DNA of 64,000 nt. Source: a virus. The notes below the pieces were generated by a model. That model had not been told where the DNA came from. It saw only the letters and a list, made by a program, of their open reading frames with translations, and did not search any database. Of this stretch, positions 9,910 to 17,250 are shown one piece after another. The position numbers and the translations under genes were made by a program. Numbering within the stretch: the stretch's first letter is position 1; each line of letters opens with the position of its first letter. The stretch is taken from IMG/VR virus record IMGVR_UViG_3300028559_000029, positions 6,744 through 70,743 of that record. One strand, given 5' to 3'.

Positions 9910-10931
9910 AAATATTGATAACTGGTGGCTTAGGATTTATAGGAATAAATACCGCATTAACTTTAGGAATCGAGCATGAAATATTTATTATTGATAATCT
10001 TAGCAGAAAAGGAAATATAGAAAATTATACAAATTTAAAAAATAAAATTAATTTTATTTTTTGGAATAAAGATATAAGAAATTATTTTGATTTAGAAGAT
10101 ATTTTTAAAAATAATAAATTTGATGCGGTTATACATTTAGCAGGACAAGTTGCGGTTACTACTTCATTTAAAAATCCTAGAGAAGATTTTGAGATAAACT
10201 GTTTGGGAACATTTAATATATTAGAATGTATTAGAAAACATTCTATAAATTCTATTTTATTATATTCTTCTACAAATAAAGTATATGGGGATTTTAAATC
10301 AAAAATTAAAGAAAATGATACTAGATATTCATATGCAGATAATACTATTGGCATAAATGAAAATCAAGGATTGGATTTTCACTCACCGTATGGTTGCTCC
10401 AAGGGGTCTGCTGATCAATATGTCAGAGATTATCATAGAATGTACGGATTAAAAACCGTTGTCCTTCGACAATCATGCATATATGGCCCTAATCAGTTCG
10501 GAATAGAAGATCAGGGATGGGTATCATGGTTTAGCATAGCTTCGTTATTTGATAAAAATGTTACAATATATGGAAATGGTAAGCAAGTTAGGGATATTCT
10601 TCATGTAAATGATTTGATACAACTATATATAAGCATAATTAACAATATTAACATTTGTAATGGTAAAATATATAATGTTGGTGGAGGCCCAACAAACACG
10701 CTTTCTCTCTTAGAATTGATAGATAATTTAAAAATTAAATTAAACAAACCGATACAATACAATATTTCCGATTGGAGACCCGGAGATCAAAAAATTTATA
10801 TAAGTGATATCAGTAAAATCAAAAACGATATCGATTGGAATCCAAAAATTAATGTAAACGAAGGATTGACTCTAATGTTGGATTGGATTGTCGGAAATAA
10901 ACAAATTTTTAAAAATTTAAATTTAATATGA
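9906..10931 (+). CDS. rfbE: CDP-paratose 2-epimerase (RfbE/Tyv)-like SDR
   Basis: ITGGLGFIG, DNLSRKG, HLAGQVAVTTS, SSTNKVYG, HSPYGCSKGSADQYVRDY, QGWVSWF, WRPGDQ; ATG at 9906 overlaps the upstream stop. Confidence 0.8.
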   Translation: MKILITGGLGFIGINTALTLGIEHEIFIIDNLSRKGNIENYTNLKNKINFIFWNKDIRNYFDLEDIFKNNKFDAVIHLAGQVAVTTSFKNPREDFEINCLGTFNILECIRKHSINSILLYSSTNKVYGDFKSKIKENDTRYSYADNTIGINENQGLDFHSPYGCSKGSADQYVRDYHRMYGLKTVVLRQSCIYGPNQFGIEDQGWVSWFSIASLFDKNVTIYGNGKQVRDILHVNDLIQLYISIINNINICNGKIYNVGGGPTNTLSLLELIDNLKIKLNKPIQYNISDWRPGDQKIYISDISKIKNDIDWNPKINVNEGLTLMLDWIVGNKQIFKNLNLI

Positions 10932-11800
10932 AAATACTTATGTCAGATATTTTTCTTGCAGGTCAAGAAAATTGCGATTGGAAAGAAGGGTTTGAATTTC
11001 TATATGCTTTTAGAAATTTAGGACATACATGTGATATAGCAGGTAAAAATTGTCAAATTCCAGAACAAGAAATTCCTAATATTGCTAATAATTATGATTT
11101 AATTATAATTACGGAAAATTATCCAGTTGATTCGAGATGGAATTGGTGGGATTGGAAACAAATTAAAACTCCTAAGTTATTCTGGGCGATTGATGCTCAT
11201 ATAATTGATTTCAAACCTTGGTTTGATCATGTTAATATGGATTATGTTGCTTTCAATAATCCAGAAGACATAGAAAGCTATAACATGCCAAATTCTTTTT
11301 GGCTTCCGTATGCAGCATCGACTGAACATTCTTTCGTCGAGCATACAAAGGAAAAGAAGCGAGATATTGTTTTCATAGGTGCATTAATGGAAGAAAGAAA
11401 GAGGTTGTGCGAAAAATTCAACATTGAATGTGTCAAGGCACTCGGTCCTAATTATGTAAAAGAAATGCAAATGTCTAAAATATGTTTCAATCATTCTAGA
11501 GCATATAATAAAAAAACTAATATCAATGCCAAGTATTTTGAAATATTATCGAGCGGTTCTTTTATGTTAACAGATTATAATGAAAATTTTCATAAATACG
11601 TAAATTATAATGAAGACATAACGAGAATGTTTTATTATTCAGATGAAGATTTAGAGAAAAAAATAAATTACTATTTAAACAACGAAGAGGAAAGAGAGGA
11701 AATAGCACTAAAAGCAAAGAACTATATTAAAGAAAATCATACTTATGAAAATAGAGCGGAATATATCCTACAAGAAATACAAAGGTTAAATAAACAATGA
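10928..11800 (+). CDS. CgeB/YkvP-like GT-B glycosyltransferase
   Basis: WLPYAA, DIVFIG, SKICFN..INAKYFEILSSGSFMLTD, EEREEIA..HTYENR. Confidence 0.8.
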   Translation: MKILMSDIFLAGQENCDWKEGFEFLYAFRNLGHTCDIAGKNCQIPEQEIPNIANNYDLIIITENYPVDSRWNWWDWKQIKTPKLFWAIDAHIIDFKPWFDHVNMDYVAFNNPEDIESYNMPNSFWLPYAASTEHSFVEHTKEKKRDIVFIGALMEERKRLCEKFNIECVKALGPNYVKEMQMSKICFNHSRAYNKKTNINAKYFEILSSGSFMLTDYNENFHKYVNYNEDITRMFYYSDEDLEKKINYYLNNEEEREEIALKAKNYIKENHTYENRAEYILQEIQRLNKQ

Positions 11801-12420
11801 TAACAATTCAAGAACATACTATAGAAGAATCCATCATAAATAAAGAAGGATGGGTCTTGGACTTGGGGTGTATAAATTTTTCATTTTCCAAAGATATTAA
11901 ACAATATTGTAATAATATAATATGTGTAGATCCAAATCCCAGTATCGATACAAATATAGTACCAGATGGAGTATTTTACGAAAGTGTAGCAATTACTCAT
12001 GATGAAAAAATATCAGAGCAAACATTTTATATATACAATGACGTACAAGGATATTCTTTATTAAATCCGCCTAGAGATTGGTGTGTTTTACAAAAAACTA
12101 TTACGGTTCCAGTAACAACGATTAAAAAAATAATGGAAAAATATGGAATTAAAAAATTTGAATTAATAAAATTTGATATTGAAGGAGCAGAATATGAAAT
12201 ATTAAAAAATTTAGACTGGTCAGTGTCTAAGCAATATTCAATAGAATTTCATGATTTTAGATCCATGAACCCATATTATCCAGATAATGAAAAGTATTAT
12301 AGAGAACTTTTTGATAGTATTAAAAATGTTAAACACATTAAGCATGAAATAACAGATCATGCTGGATTTCCATCTGGCATGGGAAGAAATTATTGGGATA
12401 GTCTTATTGTAATGGAATGA
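11797..12420 (+). CDS. FkbM-family SAM methyltransferase
   Basis: VLDLGC, CVDPNP, LIKFDIEGAEYEIL, SIEFH. Confidence 0.85.
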   Translation: MITIQEHTIEESIINKEGWVLDLGCINFSFSKDIKQYCNNIICVDPNPSIDTNIVPDGVFYESVAITHDEKISEQTFYIYNDVQGYSLLNPPRDWCVLQKTITVPVTTIKKIMEKYGIKKFELIKFDIEGAEYEILKNLDWSVSKQYSIEFHDFRSMNPYYPDNEKYYRELFDSIKNVKHIKHEITDHAGFPSGMGRNYWDSLIVME

Positions 12421-13340
12421 TGCACATGTATTATAATACTCAAATAGAAGACTTGAATGATATAAAACTATATCAAGAGGGATTGGAAGCAACTAACAAT
12501 TCTCTAGAAATAAGCAAAAAAATTTTAAATCCTATCGATGAAAAATATAACATATTTATATATTGGATAGGTAATAATGTTACTTACAAACATTCTGTTG
12601 TATTAAAATCATTTTTAGCCACTCAAAATTTAAAAAATGCAACTTTAAAAATTTATTCGGACAAAGATTTATCAAAAAATCCAATTTTTGATAGATATAA
12701 ACATTTTAAACAAATTGAATTTAACATATTTGATGTAGAAGAAGAAATTAAAGGAACTGTTTATGAAAATTTTAAATATGTTCAAGAAATAAAGCAACAC
12801 AAATTCAATCCTGCATACGAATCTGATTTTTTTAGATTATTAATGTTATATAAATATGGAGGGTTTTATATAGATTTTGATATTCTTATATTACGAGATC
12901 TTTCTCCGCTTATGAACTATGATTTTTTCTATCAATGGGGAGCATATCCAGATAATAATAACTGGATAAATGGTGCGGTGATGCATTTAAAAAAGTATAG
13001 CAAAGCAAATAATTACGCATCAAATTTAATATTAAATACTTACGCAATCCCCTACAGCTTGAACTGGGCATCAGAGCTTTATCTACAGGTAAAACACGTT
13101 CATCCGGAGCTTGTAATATTTCCAGCAGCATTTTTTAATAGCGAATGGCAATGCAATCACTTAGAAAATGTTACAAAAAATATAACAGAGCATCCTTTTA
13201 AAAAAAATTCTCGTAGTAATGATTTATTTGAAGGTGCATTTACGTGGCATTGGCATAATCGATGGAATGAAGATATAGAAGAAGGTTCTAAATTTAATAT
13301 TTTAGATAGCATATTAGAAGAAAAATTCATTAAAATTTAA
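12417..13340 (+). CDS. GT32-like (alpha-1,4-GT / DxD sugar-binding) glycosyltransferase
   Basis: SDFFRLLMLYKYGGFYIDFDILILR, INGAVM, FTWHWHNRW. Confidence 0.85.
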   Translation: MMHMYYNTQIEDLNDIKLYQEGLEATNNSLEISKKILNPIDEKYNIFIYWIGNNVTYKHSVVLKSFLATQNLKNATLKIYSDKDLSKNPIFDRYKHFKQIEFNIFDVEEEIKGTVYENFKYVQEIKQHKFNPAYESDFFRLLMLYKYGGFYIDFDILILRDLSPLMNYDFFYQWGAYPDNNNWINGAVMHLKKYSKANNYASNLILNTYAIPYSLNWASELYLQVKHVHPELVIFPAAFFNSEWQCNHLENVTKNITEHPFKKNSRSNDLFEGAFTWHWHNRWNEDIEEGSKFNILDSILEEKFIKI

Positions 13341-13382
13341 AAATATATAAGTGATTTTTAGTTATGATAAGTATATAATATT

Positions 13383-13997
13383 ATGTACAGTCAAAATGAT
13401 GAAGATAAAATTTTACTAGAATACTACAAAGATAAAAGCGATGGAGTATTGATTGAAATAGGTGCATTTGAAAGTAAAAAGTTCTCAAATTCTAGAGCTT
13501 TGATTGAAAAGGGATGGATTGCTTATCTGATAGATGCATCACCATTTTGTATTTCAAAATTATTTGAAGAATATAAAGAAAATTCTAAAATTCATATAAT
13601 ACAAAGTATTGTTACAAAAACAAAAGAATCTGGATTAATATCGTTTTGGGATTCTCCGTTTTCAGCATTTAGTTCTACTAATAAAGACAATCTTAAAAGA
13701 TGTCACAAATCACCAGAAGAATTTGATAAAAAAACCAGAGAAATATTCCTTAGTAGCATATCTATAAATGAAATATTAGAATTTGTAAAAAAACGCGAAG
13801 GTACTGTAGATTTTTTATCTATTGATGTAGAAGGATTTTCTGCTGAATTAGCACTTGAAGTTGATTTGAATGTAGTAAAACCTAGTTGTATGTGCATCGA
13901 ACATGACAAAAGTTATGAAAAAATCATAAGAAAATTTTGGAATGATTACGAAAAGAAGCTTATAAACCTAGAAAATCTCATAATAGTAAAAAAATAA
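13383..13997 (+). CDS. FkbM-family methyltransferase
   Basis: MYSQNDED, IEIGAF..SNSRAL..GW, DFLSIDVEG, CIEH. Confidence 0.85.
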   Translation: MYSQNDEDKILLEYYKDKSDGVLIEIGAFESKKFSNSRALIEKGWIAYLIDASPFCISKLFEEYKENSKIHIIQSIVTKTKESGLISFWDSPFSAFSSTNKDNLKRCHKSPEEFDKKTREIFLSSISINEILEFVKKREGTVDFLSIDVEGFSAELALEVDLNVVKPSCMCIEHDKSYEKIIRKFWNDYEKKLINLENLIIVKK

Positions 13998-14052
13998 CAC
14001 TTTTTTAAATATATTGAGTTGAAATATATTTAAAATAATATACTCTTAAAGA

Positions 14053-15849
14053 GTGAAAAAAATTGTATTTGAGAAAATTTTTATAAAAAATTTTTTATCT
14101 ATAGGAGAGCAAGAAGTTTGTTTAGAGTTTAAAAATGGAACAAATCTTATAACAGGAACAAATTGCGACAATTCTGGTAGGAATGGTGTCGGAAAAAGTT
14201 CTATTATAGAATCTATATACTGGGTGTTATTTGGTTCCACGACCAGAGAAATCAAAAAAGACAAAATAATTCACAATCAATCAAAAAAAGATTGTGAAGT
14301 TACGTTGACATTCTCCTTAAAAGAGGGGGAGACTACAAATAATTGTAAAATTATTCGTTCACTAGAACCTAATAAAGTCTCTCTGTTTAGAGATGATGAA
14401 GATGTAACGTTATCTACAATGCCCAAGACCGACGAACGCATTAAAGAGCTTATAGGAGCAAATGAAGAGGTATTCCAGAATGCAGTGATAATGACTGCAA
14501 ACAATACGATGCCATTTATGGCTCAGAAAAAAATAGACAAACGAAAATTTGTAGAAGGTATTTTAAATTTGGGAATTTTCAGTGAAATGTTGTTAAAGGT
14601 CAGATCACATTACAATGAATACAAAAAAGAAAATGATATATTAGCATCTTCATTCAATACACAGAATAGAAATTTAAATCTATATCAAGATCAAATAGAA
14701 AAAAATAAAAAAATAAAAGAAGATAAGATAACAAATTTATTGGAAAAAATTCAATCCAATACTGAAAAAATTAATATATTTTCAAACAATTCCTCAATAG
14801 AAGAGGAAATTAAAGCAAAAAGAGAAGAAATTGAAAATAAAAAGAATTTTTTTATAAAATTAGAAGATGGTTTGGAAAAAACCGAAACAAAACTACAAGA
14901 AAAATTAAAAAAACAGTTAACGAATGATTTTAAGGTTAAAAATTCAAAGGATGAAATAAAATCTATAGAAGAAAAAACTGGAATATGCCCAACATGTAAA
15001 AGAAAATATGATTTTGATGATTCTTGCGTTGATTTAGACCAATTAAAACAAAATTTAAAAACTAATTTAACTCTGCAATCAGATACAAATGGAGAAATTT
15101 CTACAATAGCAGAAAAAAAAGTCAAAATAAAAACGGCAATTCGAGAAACTAAAAATTTTATCGACTTAACAGATAAAGATATACAAAAATTGCTGTTGAC
15201 TTCACAAGAAATAGGCCATTTGCAGACTAGAAATGATGAAATCTTGAGCGAAATAGAACAAATTAAGAATACAAAGGATAGCGTATTTGATTTTATAGAA
15301 AAAATTGAAAAAGAGATAGTAGAAACTGAAGAAAAATTGCAAAAACTTCAAAAACAACTTTTAATTTTAGAAAATGCAAAATTTGTTGTTTCAGAAGAAG
15401 GTGTTAAAACCTTTATTGTTAAAAAAATGCTTTCTGTCTTAAATGCACAGTTAAATTATTATTTAAAAACATTAGGTGCTCCCTGTACTTGTTATTTTAA
15501 TGAAATGTTTGAAGAAACAATCTATAATTCAAATTCAAAGGAGTGTTCTTATTTTAATTTTAGTGGAGGAGAGCGAAAAAGAATAGATATTGCAATATTA
15601 TTCATGTTTCAAGATATTTTAAGAATGCAGACTGGTATTTCATTTAATATTAGCATGTATGACGAATTATTTGACTCTGCGTTAGATGAAAATGGAGTAT
15701 TAAAAGTTTTTGATGTTTTAAAGGAAAGATCGGAAAAATTTGAAGAAGCTATCTATGTAATTTCACATAATAAAGCTGCAATAAACACAAATTTTAGTAA
15801 TATTATTGAATTACAGAAGAAAAATGGAAAAACAACTATAGTTTCTTGA
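14053..15849 (+). CDS. gp46: gp46 recombination ATPase (Rad50/SbcC-like)
   Basis: IKNFLSIG, Walker A GRNGVGKS, coiled coil with CPTC zinc hook, FSGGE signature, YDELFD, VISH. Confidence 0.93.
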   Translation: MKKIVFEKIFIKNFLSIGEQEVCLEFKNGTNLITGTNCDNSGRNGVGKSSIIESIYWVLFGSTTREIKKDKIIHNQSKKDCEVTLTFSLKEGETTNNCKIIRSLEPNKVSLFRDDEDVTLSTMPKTDERIKELIGANEEVFQNAVIMTANNTMPFMAQKKIDKRKFVEGILNLGIFSEMLLKVRSHYNEYKKENDILASSFNTQNRNLNLYQDQIEKNKKIKEDKITNLLEKIQSNTEKINIFSNNSSIEEEIKAKREEIENKKNFFIKLEDGLEKTETKLQEKLKKQLTNDFKVKNSKDEIKSIEEKTGICPTCKRKYDFDDSCVDLDQLKQNLKTNLTLQSDTNGEISTIAEKKVKIKTAIRETKNFIDLTDKDIQKLLLTSQEIGHLQTRNDEILSEIEQIKNTKDSVFDFIEKIEKEIVETEEKLQKLQKQLLILENAKFVVSEEGVKTFIVKKMLSVLNAQLNYYLKTLGAPCTCYFNEMFEETIYNSNSKECSYFNFSGGERKRIDIAILFMFQDILRMQTGISFNISMYDELFDSALDENGVLKVFDVLKERSEKFEEAIYVISHNKAAINTNFSNIIELQKKNGKTTIVS

Positions 15850-15884
15850 TTTATATGTAAATTAATGTTAGTATAGAGTATATT

Positions 15885-17204
15885 ATGATAAAAATAAAAG
15901 AATCTGAAACCTTGGATAAGAAAGCAGTAGATAATTCAAACAGTATTGTGTATGAATATTCGTTTGTAAATGGTGGTATACCAAATTTGCCTAATGCTTC
16001 TCCGATTGGAATGCCGAAGTATAGCTATGTTGAGTTAAAACCAGTAAAAATACCTGCTCCTGCTCCCGTTGAAATGCCTGAAGCTGGATTGCCAAGGAGC
16101 ATAAACTATTATGCAGACTACGGTGGGTGCGGTAATTGGAGAATGATTTGGCCGGAATTTTGTTTGAATAGTTACAACAAGGCAATTGTTACTGGATTGA
16201 CTAGTATGGTGCTAGATCTTAGATTTTATCAAAATGTAAAGTCCATTAGAATGCAAAGACAGGCTACCCCCGCACAAGCAGCATTTATTGGTGAGTTGAA
16301 GAAGGCTCAATCGAATTTTGGTTATAGATTGCTTTATGAAGTCGATGATATCGTCTTCAGAGATGACATTCCAGACTATAATAGATGTAAAGATGCATTT
16401 ACCGATCAAACTATTGTAGATAATATTCTTAAAATAATGGGAATGATGGATGAAATTACCGTAACATGTCAATACATGAAAGAGTATTATATTAATAAGA
16501 CTGGTAATAAAAATATTACGGTTATTCCAAACTATGCTCCTAAATTTTGGTTAGATAGATTTTATCATAAGGAACGTATAGAAAAACTATACGATAAAAA
16601 CAAAAAGCGTCCTAGAATTTTATATGCAGGTTCTGGAACACACATCGACACTACAAATAGGACTGGAATGAAAGATGACTTCCATCATGTTGTTGATGAA
16701 ATTATCAAAGCTAGAAAGAAATTTAAGTTTGTTTGGAAGGGTTGTTACCCACTTGCGGTAAAACCATTCATTGATAATGGTGAGATGGAGTTTATTAACT
16801 GGTCTGCACTATTGGATCTTCCAAAAGCCTTGTATGATGCGGGATGCAATGCAACTTTTGCTCCTTTGGTTAATAATGTTTTTAATAAATCAAAAAGCAA
16901 TATCAAAATGGTGGAATCTGGTGCTTTAGGGCTTCCGGGTACGTATCAAAACCTCTGTACCTATGAAGAAGCAGAGTTTAAGTTTGATGATGGTAGGGAT
17001 CTTATCTCTCAACTGGAACATATTACCTCTGATGTTGGTAGATATATGAAATATTCCGAAAGGGCTAGAGAATTTACCGATAAATTATGGCTGGAAGACC
17101 ATTTAGACGAGTATCAAGCCTTGTATACAACTCCGTGGGGGTCAAAGGAGCGAAATGAAATGTCTTCAACTCTTATAAAACTAAATCCTGATCAAAAGGT
17201 ATAA
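15885..17204 (+). CDS. GT-B fold glycosyltransferase
   Basis: ADYGGCGNWRMIWP, YEVDD, VIPN, RILYAGSGTH, APLVNNVFNKSKSNIKMVESGALGLP. Confidence 0.75.
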   Translation: MIKIKESETLDKKAVDNSNSIVYEYSFVNGGIPNLPNASPIGMPKYSYVELKPVKIPAPAPVEMPEAGLPRSINYYADYGGCGNWRMIWPEFCLNSYNKAIVTGLTSMVLDLRFYQNVKSIRMQRQATPAQAAFIGELKKAQSNFGYRLLYEVDDIVFRDDIPDYNRCKDAFTDQTIVDNILKIMGMMDEITVTCQYMKEYYINKTGNKNITVIPNYAPKFWLDRFYHKERIEKLYDKNKKRPRILYAGSGTHIDTTNRTGMKDDFHHVVDEIIKARKKFKFVWKGCYPLAVKPFIDNGEMEFINWSALLDLPKALYDAGCNATFAPLVNNVFNKSKSNIKMVESGALGLPGTYQNLCTYEEAEFKFDDGRDLISQLEHITSDVGRYMKYSERAREFTDKLWLEDHLDEYQALYTTPWGSKERNEMSSTLIKLNPDQKV

Positions 17205-17209
17205 AATAC

Positions 17210-17244
17210 TTGCCATGTTTCTAGGAGTATGATATCTTAGAAAC
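17210..17244 (+). promoter_or_regulatory. Sigma70-type promoter of DNA polymerase (TTGCCA-17-TATCTT, extended TG), 6 nt before ATG
   Basis: TTGCCA 17210-17215, TATCTT 17233-17238, ATG 17245; no Shine-Dalgarno between the -10 and the ATG. Confidence 0.65.
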
Positions 17245-17250
17245 ATGGCA
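17211..17250. repeat. 16-bp inverted repeat (1 mismatch, G-U compatible) spanning the polymerase promoter and start codon
   Basis: tgccatgtttctagga-gtatgata-tcttagaaacatggca. Confidence 0.85.

Noticed and set aside
2338-13997. Host LPS/capsule locus misassembled into the contig
   Set aside because: The first gene overlaps gp47, orientation and packing match the phage genes, and no wzx/wzy/ABC export genes are present; read-level confirmation is still advisable
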